Assembly: GCA_023213395.1 (NCBI GenBank) | Contig: CM041465.1 | Span: 86,559,741-86,623,740, forward strand | Source: Cycas panzhihuaensis | Lineage: Eukaryota > Plantae > Cycadophyta | DNA length: 64,000 bases | Direction of reading: 5' to 3' | Part shown: positions 40,937-55,710 of the stretch, in pieces | Position numbering within the stretch: position 1 is the first letter of the stretch | How the letters are laid out: every line of letters starts with the position of its first letter | Program-made: the position numbers and the translations under genes | Notes under the pieces: generated by a model | Told to the model about the DNA's origin: nothing | Seen by the model: only the letters and a program-made list of their open reading frames with translations | The model's database searches: none

Positions 40937-43900
40937 TTTTTTTAGGTAAAATATGTCATTAAATTATAAAACCAAATGCAATACAAGAGACTAAAGAGCC
41001 CATTTATTAAGTAGATCTCCTGACCCAATCTTTTACATGTGGTGCACACAAAATTGCAAAATTAGTATGGAGGTTTTTCTTAAGTTGTTTATGGAGAGAA
41101 GTAAAACAAGTAGTGGAACAACCATACCCACACTTCCTTCCATATATGCCCAAAAGTTTGATTAAAGGATAGAACTACATTTTGAAAATATGTTGTAGTT
41201 TAAATTTTCCAAATTTCATGCAAGATAGTTTTGAGAAGAAGCCAGAAGTCTATCAAATAACAACAAATTGTGAACCAACCATATGTCATTGTCCAAGTCC
41301 CTTTAATTAGCCAAAAATGAAAAGGCAGATGACCAATTCAGATTTTAGTGAAGCCTTGATCTAGATTAAAAATCTCAAAGGCAGTTTGTCAGATCTCCTA
41401 AATTAGATGACAGTGCCACCAAATATGATTAAAGTTATCATTGTGAACACCACACACAAGACAAAAAGATTAATGATTCATATTCCATTGATCCTACGTG
41501 TCCTAAAAAATGAAAGCCTTACGCAAAATTTTCTAGTGAAACACATTATGTTTAGGTTATGCCTTCTTCCACCATATCCATCCCCATTTAGCTTGAAGTT
41601 GGACGTGTCAATATTGTTGATTATGTAACAAGTAGTAGAATTATGAAGACTCGAACACCCAATCCCTGGAAAGGAACTCGAGTCCTTCCTTCTCCTCTAA
41701 ATCCTTTAAGGCGACGAGAGGGTCCACTTGTCGAATAAAAAAATTGAGTCTATTAGCGTTTTGCAAGAGCAAAGGTTTGGGCTGAGGATTAATCCCCATC
41801 ACGACTTCAATAAAATCCTTCCACCGAAGATGATCAAAGTCCTAAAATTGAATAGCAGTAAGCCAATTATGAGAACTGAAGAACTGAGCTAAAGGAGCGA
41901 AATCCTCCTAATCGACTAGCAAAGAAAACCATGGAGAAAACCATTTATTTGTCCAAATTTTGACTTGAAGACCTGTTGATCCTAGAAAATATATAGTGTT
42001 ATAGTGGAGATTATCCCAAGTTACCACCATGTGATTCCAAAATATGGATCTTTTGTTTAAATGGTTAGGAGCTGCCAGTTGCTCTTTAGCCAAAAGCGCT
42101 AAACAATACTTCCTCCTAATAATGTGGGTCCATTTATTATTTTCTATGTTTCTTAAGTCCCACAATCACTTTGCCCCTCTCACCTTTACCATGATAAAAG
42201 GGTCTTTGAGACTAAGGCCATCTTGACCCTTGTGATTAGACAACGTGCTCCACTTCACTAGGCAATAGAACCTCGCTTGCATTGACCAAGGTTTCGAGAA
42301 ATCTAATAAACAAACTTCGAATTACTAATAGCACAACTTTGAGAGCTTGAATGATAGACATTAGGTAATTAGGCATTTAGCACATGGTCAATTCTATTAG
42401 ACTCCTTAAGAGATCTAATTGGCCAAGCGTCCAACTCCCTCTTGATTTTAAAGTATAAGAACACCAATCAATAATTTTTAGTCTAGAAGCCCATAGGGAT
42501 ACCTAGGTATTTGAAAATTGTAGATCTAGGGGCGATTGGAACTCCCAAGGTTGTCACCAAAGTTAATTAGTCCTCTATATCTACTACATTGAAGATGATA
42601 GTGGATTTACTATAATAAATCTTCATCTCTGCTACGAGACCAAAAAAACTAAGCACTTAACTCTAAATTTTGATTTCTATATACGAATGATAGCCTAACA
42701 ATATGGTATCATCTACAAAAATTTGGTGTGTTGTGGCCTTTGGCCTTTATTCCATCAATAGAAAGCCCTTAGAAGACCCACAAATTGGAGCCAAACTGAT
42801 AGAGAAGAGAGGCCATCTATGGTGACCACGAAAAGATAAGGAGATAGGGGCATCCATTGCAAATTCCTCTACTAGTATATATGAGGCAATCAACTAAGCC
42901 TTTGATTCTTATGGCCATTGAAACCAAAGAGATCATGGCTTTGATCCAACTAATATGGTCTTTTTGTAATCCCTTTCAAAAAAGGATGGCTAAAAGAAAG
43001 TCCCATTCCACTGTGTCATAAGCCTTGTTAATGTCCAATTTGAGTAGGGTTGCTTGTTGCCCTTTTGTATGTATAGTATGGCTTGTATCATTGTTATATT
43101 GTATGCTATGCAACAACCTTTTATGAAGGTTGTTTGATTTTCATTCACAACCCAAGGAAGAAACTCTTTGGTAGATTAGCTAAGACTTTGGCTATCTATC
43201 TCATCGAGAGTCATTTGAATTTTGCTACACTCCGCAGGGATAGGATTCACCTTGGAGAGAATGATTTGAGCAACTTTGGCCCTAACAACAGAGAAGCCTT
43301 TAGTGGTCCACAAATTGTCGAAGTGATGAAAATTCTTCCCTTGAATTTTGGGTTGTGAATACGTGGTCTCTGTAGGGGAGACTGCAAGCACTTAAGAGAC
43401 CGTTGATGTTGAAATGTTTTAGTATAGTGATTGAAAACTTTTTTATTCTAGTCAACGTGCAACTTCCATTGAATATTGGACCAAGCTCTCAATTTTTTTG
43501 CTTCTTGTTTTTGCATTAAAAGAAATTGGTCATTCAAGTCAATAAGTTTTAATTAGAGATTCGACAAACCTTTACCTTCTTCAAATTCCTTTCAGATAAC
43601 ACAAATTGTAATCAACAAAGATTCCCTTCGTTCCTCAAATTGACATTTATGATCTTTAACAAACATCTTGATGCAAGATTTGAGACCCTTCATAATCATC
43701 GTCCACCAAGCACTAGGGTTGTTTAAACCATCTAGGCTGGTATACAATTCATTCCATCATTGTTACAAGGCAGTCCTAAAGTCCTCCAATTTAAGCAAAC
43801 TTGTGTTGAATTTGAAAATTGTCTTCCCTTTGGTAGAGGGGGCAACTCTAGTGGAAAATTAAATTTTGATGGGTATATGATCAGATATCACGACCGCATT

Positions 43901-46900
43901 TATCGAGATATATTGGTATTGATCAACGAATTGGCTGAGGGAATTTGATATGCAGACTACATCCAATCTTTTAGCTATGCAACTACTACTCTGCCTATTG
44001 TTGGTCCAAGTAAAATTTAGAGGCCCCTTCCAAAGAAGCTCGAAAAACCTAGGGCATCTTTAAGATTGGCAAAAAATGAATTATCTCTTTGATAAGGTCT
44101 TTTGAATTTACTGCTTGATTTGTCATTAGGGTATTCCACAAAGTTGAAATCCCCCAATACTAACATATAGTCTTAATCTGTCTAATTGTTATTTAGAGCT
44201 CCTGCCAAAACTTGCCACAAATCGTGTCTAACACTAGCACTAGTAGAGGCATAGACCCCAATGACCTAACAAACGAATTAATCCTTTTCCATTTTCAAAC
44301 ACAGCCAATCCTAAAAAGGGCTTTCAATATATTGAAGCATCTTCCACTATTTATTCTATAGAATACAAAGCCCTCCAACAAGTCGAACTAGAAGAATTAG
44401 TTTCCATTGAGCTGACGACTAGATACTACGGGTAGTGCGCTAGATATCACTTTCAGACACAATATGAGTTTCTAACATAACCAAAAAATGAGGATGTTGT
44501 TGTCGAACTAAATGTTTTAGCTCTGCATTTGAGAAAGTAGGGAAGACCAATATCCCTAATGTTCTAGGCCATTATTAAAAAGTTATTTCTATCTATTTGA
44601 TTAGAAAGAATTGATGCAACTGAGAGATTTAAATCAAATGCAATGCAGACTATCTTCATTATTGGGCATACATTGTTATAATTGATAGTCATTCACCTTT
44701 AGAGATCTTGACCATTAGCTTTCTGAAACATGATCCAAAAATACTACTTCCTCCATGAGCATATCAACCGAGTTGTCTCGAAGAAGCCCTAACATAGGGG
44801 TTGCATCCATTTCAGATGTATGCCTTTAGATCAATAAAGCAACATTCAACATTTTCTTAAGTTGATCTCTAGAATCATTGAAATCTGCATGTGGATCCTA
44901 TGCACTCGCCAAGTGACCTTTTCTTTGTTTCATGATTGATTAGTTACTAGAGTCCATCTTTCTTTTTCTTTATTTATTTTTGTATGAATTTGCAAAATTT
45001 CCTCATTGTTAAAAGAGTTGTTCCTACCAACTGCTCCTTCTCCTTGCTTACCTTATTGCTAATTAGCTAGGAAGTGGGCCTTTGGCTCAGAATGCCTTCA
45101 TCTCTCCAAGTATCTAAAGTAGGAGGCACTTGAAATAAATGACAAAATTTATGCACATGTCTAACGTTATGACATTGAGTGCATCTGAATAGGACTCCTT
45201 CATAGTCTAGATTAAATTTGATTGACCTATTTGCAACTTTAATAAATAAGTGTTCTTTAAGCGATTCAATTATATCTAACTCAACACACACGTTTGCCAC
45301 CCCCTGGTAATGTGCTCTAAGATGTTCGAGTCTAACTTAATAACCTTACCCAACATGGAGCCAATTTTGATAAAACGTTCTCATTTTTTAAACTCGTTAA
45401 GTGAGAACAGTAATGGATCCAAATTGAAATTTTTAACAACCTTAGGTTACTCAGATCAAACATAAAAGACCACAGTTGAAGGGCTAGACCCAAGTTTCAC
45501 ATGAACTAAGGAACTTCGTATAAAACCTTATCCAAATCTGTGAAAGAGGGTAATATATCAAGGTTATTTGTGTAGATTAATTATGTGACTTTAGGATATA
45601 TTATTAGTATTAGTCTCACTTTATGTGCATTTAAATGTAATTTTGGGTTCATGTCATTAGAGAGGAAAATCCTAACCCTAATGCTCACCCTCAATAATAA
45701 AAGGCAAAATCTCAATGAGGGAGTCATTATTCATTCTCACCTCCAAACTTGCTCTCATATCTTGTTTCATCTTCTTTTTCATTCTCCATTGCCATTGTGT
45801 GCATGTGAATAATTTATCTCCTAGATCCATCATTCCTTCAATCCGTTGTGTTTGAGAAGAAAATATTGAAAAAAACTTTCCCTTTTAGTTCAAATTCAAC
45901 CTTGCCAAAAAGAATAGGTGTCCATACTACTTTCACCCATTCTTCAAGAGACCATATGAGAGGATACAGGTTGTTAAATTTGCTAATAAGTGGCTTTGCC
46001 TATAATTCCATGCATATGCTTTCAACATCCTCAATTGAAAAAGTAATGGTATTTGTTTCATAATCCACCATTCTCGATAATGTGTTTAAGAGGTCTTCAT
46101 CTGTAACGTTGTTCTGGTTCTCAAATTGTGAAACATGGCCCTGAGATGCCAGTGCAAGAGGATTGAGGAGGAAGAAGTCATAGACTTCGTTGAGATGGTT
46201 ATTTCTGTTACATGATTGATAAACCAAGTTATACATATTTCCTTCTAAGGCAGTCCTGAAGAGATTCTTAGGCCTAAATTGATTAGGGCCTCAAATCCTA
46301 CCTATTATTTTGTACTAGAGCAGAGCCTTCCTCCATTGGGATTAAAGACTAGAGAAAAACAAAAGGAAAAACTAATGACACGAAATTTTTTGAAAGGGTC
46401 AATAATACTTACCTATGATCCAAGGACTTTGGTTGCAAATCTAAGCAAAAAATACACATGCAAACTCTAACATCGACATGCAACCTTGATAAGAGGAGGA
46501 AAAGCTAAAAGCATTGATACAAGGCCTAGTCTCCTAACCAAGAGACTCAATTGCAAATCAATGAGAAAATGTCTCGTACAAGCACATGCAACAACATGCA
46601 GCCCATGAAGTAGAGAGTGAGATCCAAAGGAACTGTTTTGGCTCTAATTGATTAAGAAAACATTCTTCCAATAAGATTCAATAATATCGTATCGGGCGTC
46701 GCCGACAAGATGCTCAAATCGTGCTTAGAGTAAAAACTAACCACCCATGTTCACTTGCAAACATCCCTACCCCAATAAAACAAGTGAGGGCCGCTCAAGA
46801 TCTCCTCTATGCCCAATAAAGAGAGAGCATGACCTACAACATCATAGCAGCTGCGCAATGGCAATCAGATTATCTAAGAAACCCTAGTGAGTTTCTGCAA

Positions 46901-46925
46901 TTTCTCCTCTCCATCGCTCCTTCCC
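40937..46925 (-). mobile_element. Decayed L1 LINE, copy 2
   Basis: Counterpart of 14908-20910. Confidence 0.9.
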
Positions 46926-47516
46926 AATCGAAAAATACAAACCAAGTGTTATCCTTATAAAGTACACACTTTGATCTAAATTCACAATTTATCATGTCCT
47001 TTGAACATTTATGAGCCCAATTCCCTTCATATCCAAACATCAATAATATAATTCATATCTAGCAAAATAAAAAAATCATATCTAGCAAATTATCAACTAA
47101 TGCAACTTCAAACATTTTATTCCCTTTTTTCGTTTTTTTGGTAAGATTTAATAAATGTGGAGCTTTAAAAGGGGACCCCAACCGCTTTACAAAATCTATC
47201 AAATTGGCCTTTTAAATCTATTGTGACAAAACCACACCTACTACATCTACTAAACCCCCCGCCATGACAAGCCCAATGCCTAATTATTTGCATCAAGCTA
47301 CTTATCTGCCACACCAATCCCAATAGCCAACTCAAACTTCCTACCAATGTTTATGCCTTCCAAGTCTTTCTTAACCACATCCGTAATCTCATCAGGAATC
47401 ATATCCCTCCAAACCCTTTTTTCAAACCTTACATTTCTTTAAGGTTTATTTTCCTTTGATTAAAAGATATATCAAATAAAAAAGCCCCTTTACCAAAGAT
47501 CAAAATTTTTACATCC

Positions 47517-47847
47517 ATATTCAAATTAAATTTGAACGCCCAATAACTTCTATTTGTTTTTACAACTCTTATATTACTCTTTACAATTTTTATTTGTTAT
47601 AAAATTTATTTTACCTTGGAGCCTTGTCAAGGCAAGATTTTACCCTACACCACCCAATCACTAATTATCACCAATCTAATTAATATTCAAATTAAATTCA
47701 AATGCCCAATAACTTCTATTTGTTTTTACAACTCTTATATTACTCTACAATTTTTATTTGTTATAAAATTTATTTTACCTTGGAGCCTTGTCAATGCAAG
47801 ATTTTACCCTACACCACCCAATCACTAATTATCACCAATCTAATTAA
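47517..47847. repeat. Two-copy tandem duplication, copy 2
   Basis: Counterpart of 21500-21829. Confidence 0.9.
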
Positions 47848-47912
47848 AACATAATATTAAAGAAAATGGTCAAATGATAACAAGAAGTCAAAAGAACATA
47901 AATACCTCATCT

Positions 47913-48164
47913 TTTTTTTTTTTTTTTTTTGTAATTGAACAGGAGGAGGTATCATAACACACTCACTCGGAAACACACGCACCCTACTAATCCTCCCCCT
48001 GAGCTCCTAGGGGTTAAACCTTTAACGTCCGTGCACCGCTATAGTAGCCGCTAGCAAACACACTTGGACAGTCCCCAGTCCACCGCATCGGTCAAGGCTC
48101 CAAGACTCGAACTTGGGGTTCCGCAACCGCGTCGGAACTACTTATCGACACGTCCTTTGGGGAC
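47913..48164 (-). mobile_element. tRNA-derived SINE, copy 2
   Basis: Same CCTCATCT TSD, poly(A) and B-box as 21895-22147. Confidence 0.88.
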
Positions 48165-49854
48165 CCTCATCTATTTCTATTACCAATTTTAATATTGCAA
48201 TTAAAAGTCAAACGTTAGGGTACATCGATAGGTATCTACCCTACAATGTTGAAATCCGAAGTCCAACCCCCTAAGGGGTTGTAGCAAAGAATTAAATGAA
48301 AGGGTGACAAACCCCAACAAACAAGGATCTAATTCTATATTTCAAAAAAACAGAAGATTTTATTCAAAAAGAGAAGATTTTATCATAACACCCAAATAGT
48401 ATGACCCAATTGTGCAGCCAAATAGAAATACCAAAAAATCATCTACTGGCCTAAAAAGGATACAATGTTCTAAAAAGAATACAAGCCCCTTGGCTAAGTA
48501 ATCCTTCAAATTTCTACATTTTCATAAATTAAATATAATATTAGTTCACCCTAATTTAACTTCTTTTCCCATACTTGATTAAAAAACACCCCTTCCAACA
48601 CAAAGTGTGACTATACATCGTAACTTCCACTATCTTCAAGGTTGTTGGGAAATATACAAGAGAAGCGATTTACTCCATATATTCCATGACTACACAAAAA
48701 TCACTAGCCCAACCTTAAGAGCACCCCCCCACACCTAAATCAAAGTGATGAAAATGGTGGCCTACATATTTTACTAAAAAAAGAGATGAAAATTTTAGAA
48801 AAAAACAAAAAATCAAAACAAATACAAGGCTTAGATCATAATACTTCTATCCACCAGTCAAAGAAATATTTAGAAACATATTAGCAAAGAAAAAGGATAT
48901 ACCCCACTCTTCCTATAGAGATGTGAAAATGTCAATCCTTTGAAGCATATGAATTTTGCAATAAAGTATCCATCACAAAACATCTCAACCCTCCCTTCGT
49001 TAGACTTTCAAAAGGAAAAGAGGAACAAGTCAATCCCATATCATCTTCAACATTCAATCATTCATTTATCTTTATCAAAATCTAGCGCCTAAGGAACAAT
49101 TCAATCCCATTCAATCCTCAAAATTCAATCATTCATTTATGTTTATCAAAATCTACTGCCAATAATTCTACACTTTCATTTGCTTAAACACCTATTAAAT
49201 GATGCCATGCTACAAGGAATCATTGCACACTTCCATTTGCTATAATGCCTACTAAATAATGTTATACAACAATGGTGAAATTACATATTTAAATTTGTTT
49301 CAAAGCTTTTGACTAGGCAAATCATATATATTCTATTTATAGCATTTTATTAGAGCCTCGATGGGTATAACTTTAGAAGTTTGTGACCCTTTTGTATCAC
49401 AACAATTTCAAGTTAGGAACAAAAATAGTGAGGTAAAACTAATAATTACAACACCAAACAATCCAATTGTAATGTAACTCAAAAATCTCCTCCATGAATA
49501 AATCAATAAAAGCATTGGACTAGTACCAAAGTGAAGTAGTCCAGCAATTCTTCTGCAATTTACCATGCACATCAAAAAATTAAACGAGACTAGGCACTTC
49601 AAACTCGAAACTTCACAATAACCAAGGCAATAAATTTTATGGTCCACAAAATGTTCAATATAATTTTTTTTAGTTAAAACACATTTTACATTCGAAAGAG
49701 TCTTTATAATTACATCTTTTTGCCCTATTTGGCTGGTCTTTAAGAGATCTAGGATGGATGTTGAATTGCACAACCTATTAGAAACTAATGGTTAACAGTT
49801 TCAAAACTTATGCCTTCTCCCTTTGCAAGCTACATTTGTTCTGATTTAGCTTAC

Positions 49855-50990
49855 TGATTCATCATTTCCTCAAGCTAAGTGTATGAATGAGATACAAATG
49901 AACTCCCTCTGAGAATCTGAATATAAGAATTTGATTTCTGTATTCTTGAGCTTCATCATGATTCTATAGCCATGATCACAAGAAATAAATACTTTCAGAG
50001 TTTACCATGGATAAAACCCTGATACATAACAGCCAACTTTTGTGCCAGACAATAGGAGATCCACTTTTCTCAGAAACCTAGCTGGCACTAGCATATTTGT
50101 AAAGGTGCACAACAACCCAACTCAGACCTGTACAGGATACCAAAGTCTTCCATGCGCTCTACACAGAATGGAAAATACAAGCATATATGCATTCGCTAAT
50201 CAAACACTTGCCACAACAGGAGGAGGACTCACTCCCTTGGCATAAAGAAGCTTACAACCTATAAAAATTCTCTAGCCTTGGAGCAACTGCCGTAAGGAAA
50301 ATGGCTATGTTTATCCATCGAGGCAGCAAATGCAACATACGTTTCCCAAGAGTAACACCCTTCCGTACAAATTTCCACGATGCATTTTTTAGGTAAGTGA
50401 GGCATTTTTAGGTATGTGATCTGTGTTATAGATGATCTATTGCTTGAACAGTTCAACAGACTTTCTGAAAAGCAATCCGCTAATCTCAATCCCTTGTTAG
50501 CACCTTCTGATTAAGGCTCATAAATTAGTATTTCCTGAAATCAGAATGTACAGAAACACACACCCAAACTGATTCTCTCTTAAGTCAAGTGAATTTCTCA
50601 TTGGCTGAGAGGAATCGATCTAAACAAAATCAAAATTAAAAGCAAATATTTAGACTCAACAAAATAATGGCCATTCAAAAATAGCAGGAAAATAAAATTA
50701 AAGAAACAAATAAAAGAATCGAAACATAATAATGCACTCTAAATACTACTGCATGTTTAATCGCATCTGAGTGCATGAAAACCATATACATCGACTAACT
50801 TGGATAAGCCGAAACCCTGCCCTCAGAAAAAGAAATCCAAATCCCCCCATTCCCCATGACTGCAGACCACATGGCACAACAACCCACTACTTAACCCTTC
50901 TCCTCCTGTAAAGACTACCCTCGAATTTAGAGACTACCCTCCGCTTTTCCTAATCACATGTAACCCTAATCCTTGTCTTTTCTCCATGGA
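49855..50990 (-). other. Possible spliced transcript 5' end, copy 2
   Basis: Counterpart of 23831-24960. Confidence 0.35.
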
Positions 50991-51921
50991 ATCTCCGTTT
51001 TTTTATTTTAAATTACTTTTACCAATTCAGGGTGTCCACGACTCTACGTTTCTAAGTTTGTTTAGTTTGTCAAGAGTAAACATGTACAACATGTATGGTC
51101 GGTGGCGTGGTACGATTTTAGAGGTGAAGGAAGAATTAGATGTGATCAAACCATTCCTTAAATTTAAATGTGTGTTCAACACATTCGCCCCCAAATGTCT
51201 ACGTGTTCAAAAACATTTACAAAAGCACAAGATAGACATGGAAGATTGGTAAAGGAATTCTTTATATAATAAAGATATGTTTATGGAACTTTTCAATTTA
51301 GAGTTTTAAAAAAAATACAAATATGTACTAAAAATAAGGTGTAGAAGGTGGTTGTTATGGCATGTAGCTTGAATGAAACCATTTGTAAGTGGCCATAACA
51401 TGTTGCATGCATAATCAAGTTGAAATTTAAAATAAGTTTGTTTCCTCTTTTTAATCTATCTAGATTGAATTTGTCACAAGCAATTATCATGATATATTAT
51501 TATATTAATGTGAATTATGGTGAAAAAATGGAGTTTCACATCATTGACCCTTATAAATAAAGAAAATATATAATTATTAAGAAAGCATTAATTTACATTA
51601 ACATAATTATGACCAATAATATAGAATATAATGCAATACCATAAAATATAATATAAAGTAACATAATATAATGTAATATAGCATAATGTAATATAATAAG
51701 ATAAGATATTATATTATATTAGCAACCTTTATCATAAAAAAGGGTAAAAGAATATATGATCTCTGTTTTTGCATGTGTACACATATATACATAAATCTCC
51801 CATTCATATTTAATCAAGTATATTTCTAATATATAAACTTAGAAAGAATGGAAGATTTAATTATATAAAATTAGTAAACCAAATTTAACTAGAAAATTTA
51901 TCATTAAAAGAGTATTATCAT

Positions 51922-52244
51922 TGTCAAAGAAATTAGGATTGCATTGTGAATTGAAGTAGGAGTAAACAAGAATGATGAGATTGCAATAAAAAAGATAAAA
52001 AAATAATTTTTATTATATCACCTATAACACATGCTCAAAGCTCTTCTAAAATCTCCAATGCAATCACCCTTCAAATACATAGTCTGAATTTTTCTAAAGA
52101 ACATTGATTCACTCCTTGATTTATAGAGAGAATCAAGGAGTTAGAAAAGTTATATAGAAGTAACTAATCCTCTCATTAATTAATCCAACATAAAATGTAT
52201 TATAAATATTACACTTTATTAATGAAATATGCATTACTTTGTCA
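51922..52244 (-). mobile_element. 3' LTR of a Copia element, 323 bp
   Basis: Minus-strand termini TGACAAAG...CTTTGACA, immediately preceded by the PPT TGAGGGGG (52245-52252), which follows the RNase H region. Confidence 0.85.
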
Positions 52245-53198
52245 CCCCCTCATAATGTATAATTTATTATCTTTAACAAACAAAAGCTTCTTGAACCTCT
52301 CAAATTTCTCACGACTTAAAACTTTAGTAAAAATCTCTATAAGTAGATCATTTGTTAAACATTATAGCAATTCATTTGTTTTGCCCTGCACTTATTCTCA
52401 AATGAAATAATAATATACCTAGACATACTTTGTCTTGGCATGAAATATTAGATTCTTTAATAATTGAATTGCACTTTAACTATCGCAAAACAATTGTATA
52501 GGCTCATCTTGAAAAAGCTTAAAATATTCAAGTAACTTCCTTAACCAAATTGCTTCATATGATAGTGACTTTATAACCAAGTTGCAATAGTGACTTTATA
52601 TCCTACTTCTATAAAAGACAATGAGATGGTAGACTACTTTTTATTGCACCAAGAAATCAAATCAAAACCAAATATAAATAAAAATTATATCATTGATTTT
52701 TTATCATCAACATCTCCATCCCAATCTAAGTCAGTATAATTATGCACCTTGAACTCATAAGCTCTTGAGAATAAAAGTTTAAATCTAATAGTGCCTTTGG
52801 TATACCTCAATATGCACTTAATTGCTTTCTAATGAAAGATAGATGGAGCATTCATAAAACCAGTTATAATACTAGCATCATAATTGATACCAAGTCTAGT
52901 ATTTATGAGATAAATGAGACTTCCCACTAATTGTCTATATAATGTGCCATCAATAGTCCTAGGACCAACTTCTATAAGTATAGCCATTAACTTACAATCT
53001 TCTATATGAAAACGTTTTATCAAAATATATGCATACTTAGACTATGAAACAAATATGATGTCTTCATTCTGCCAAAATTTCAAACCAAGGTAATAATGCA
53101 GAATACCAAAATCAGACATCTCAAAGACTTTAGAAATGTCTTATTTAAGAGATTATATCTGAGAAGTGCTACTTCAAGTGAAAATAAGATCATCAACA

Positions 53199-53843
53199 TG
53201 TTGAGAAGACAAGGTCCCAACCCTTAAACCGCCACCAAGATCTAAACTATTCTTGCAACTAGTTACAAAAATCGAAACTAAAAATTACATGCAAGTTTTT
53301 AAACCAGAGATAAAACTATAAACTGAACAAGAAAGCCAAGCACACAAATATACCCGATATAACGTGGTAAAACCCTAACAGTGTGCTAGGGAAACATCCA
53401 CACAAGAAAGGTATCGATCTTTATTGTCAAAAAATGGAGAAAATGTACATGATCCTGTAATAGAGTGCTCACAGCAACAACAACCAGCCGTCGAACTCCT
53501 CACAGTACATTGAACACTATCAACATAATGAAAAATGCCCTAAATCAGGCTACTTGAGAGGGTCATCCAAGGCACAAATCTCGACCGTAGAATCTAGGGT
53601 ATTTTGAGTGAATGACCATGATTCTCTTTACAATTTAATATACTTCCAGTGCTAAATTTTTGGGTCAAGGGCTATCGCCCCCAAACCCCCTCTTTGCGAG
53701 GGGCGTTCCATACCCCCCGCACTCCCCTAGCCAAGGGAGGCTCCCGCCCCCCTTAGAACCACCCAAGGAAGGTTTGAGAGGAACTTGCGCTGCCAACATG
53801 TTAAAATTTTAGCCTCCAACTATTGTTGTCACATTACCCAACA
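53199..53843. mobile_element. Solo LTR (645 bp) inserted in the Copia RT
   Basis: TGTTG...CAACA termini with a 5-bp TSD CAACA/CAGCA (one mismatch). Removing it and one TSD copy restores VLYVDDLIF. Confidence 0.88.
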
Positions 53844-55710
53844 CAGCATAGAGAACAATAATAAGTATTTCATCATTCTCATGTTTGCTGTATAAATTGT
53901 AATATGATTCACAATGGATGAAATTAGAAGTGAAGAAATATTCATCAATACAAGCATACCATGCTCTTGGTGCCTATTTAAACCTATATAAAGATTTCTT
54001 CAACCTGCATACAAGTCTCTCCTAGCCAGTTTATACAAAGTTTATAGGTTACTGCATATAAACTTCTTCATCAAAAATGTCATGAAAAAATTCACTCTTA
54101 ACATCCATTTGATGGAGTTTCCAACCAAATTGAGATGCAAGGGTAGTTAGTAATCGGATGATAGTCATTTTTACTACCGGTGCAAAGGTTTCTTCAAAAT
54201 AGACATCTTCAATTTGAACATAACCTTTAGCTACAAGTCGAGCCTTGTATCTATTAATATCACCATTTAATTGATACTTCACCTTGTATACCCATTTCTA
54301 ACCAATTACTTTCCTCCCAAGTGGAAGCTCAATAAGATCCCAAGTATCATTCTTCAATATTGAGTTATATTCCTCTTATATTACTAACTGCCAATGAGAT
54401 ACATCTTTAGCTCAATAAGATCCCAAGTATCATTCTTCAATATTGAGTATCATCTTTAGCTTCAGTAAAAAATTCAGGTTCACCTATATTTAAGACATTA
54501 GATATCAGCATAAATTTTACTTTATTATGTGCTTGCACACCTAAACTAATGTCAATATTACTAATCATGGAATCTTTTATGATTTGTGTATAACATTTAG
54601 GTAATCTTAAAGAAGTTCAAATATCCACAAGTAATTCTATGCTCTCTTTTTTCTTCACACTAGTTTCACTCTTTACCTTTATACTTTAAACATTAATAAT
54701 TATAACAAGAATTATATTCTTATCAAGCTCAGAAAAAAGTATATCCCTACTAATTACAATCTTATTTTATAAAGGATTCCAAAGTCTATAAGCTTTGGAC
54801 AACTTACTATGTCCTACAAAAATACACCTGCAACTTTTATCATTAAGTTTCTACCACTTTTCATCAGGTATATAAACATAAGCAGTACATCTAAAGACAC
54901 GGAGATTATAAATAGAGGATTTTTTTTTTCTTATCTAAGTCTCTTTAGGAGTCATATTTTGAACAACTATTATAAAATTTCTATTTAAAATATACATTAT
55001 TCTGTTCACTGCTTTAGCCCATAAGCAATTAGGCACGTTTTTAGCTTTGAGCATACATCTCATAATTTTAACAATGGTGTGATTTTTTCTTTCAGCAACA
55101 CCATTCTGGTGTAGGGTATAAGATGTTGTTAATTGTCTTTCGATGCCATAGTTCTTATAGAATGTAATGAACTCGAATGAGAGATATTCACCTCCACTAT
55201 CACTACTTAGAATTTTAATCTTCTTTTTAGAAAAAAAATTTGCTTCAACATTGAATTCCTTAAATTTTACAATTGCTTTTGACTTGTTTTTCAGAAGATA
55301 AATCTATATCTTCTTGGTCAAGTCATCGATGAAGATCATGAAATATCTTGCTCCTTTAAATAAAATTCGTGTGATTAGTCCACATAAATCTAAGTGTACC
55401 AGCTCCAACTTATTTTTAGTTCACTAAGTAGATTTCAGAAAATTTTCTCTATGTTATTTTCATAATGCACAAGCATTGTAGATTTTATTGCTCTTTTATA
55501 CTAGAGAAAGATCATATACTATCTTTAGCTTATTTAACAAGTAAAGGTTATGGTAGTTCAAATGACCAAAATGAGCATGCCATAATGCATCAAATAAAGT
55601 TGTAATAAAACTATGCTTATGTAAGCCAAAGAATTTATATAAAGCATTCTCTTAGACTCCTTAATTAGAGATACAAATCTTATTATTAGATTGCCTGAAA
55701 ATAATTATAC

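Larger units (their letters stand above)
51922..55710 (-). mobile_element. Decayed Ty1/Copia retrotransposon (GAG-pre-integrase, integrase, RT, RNase H); interrupted by a LINE at 55711
   Basis: Motifs in Copia INT-RT-RH order: LWHAHFGHLNY, LRSDSGGEY, QNGVAERKN, YKARLVAKGY, HQMDVK, YRQLVGSLIYL, YTDLDWDGD, FHAKTK. Confidence 0.95.
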
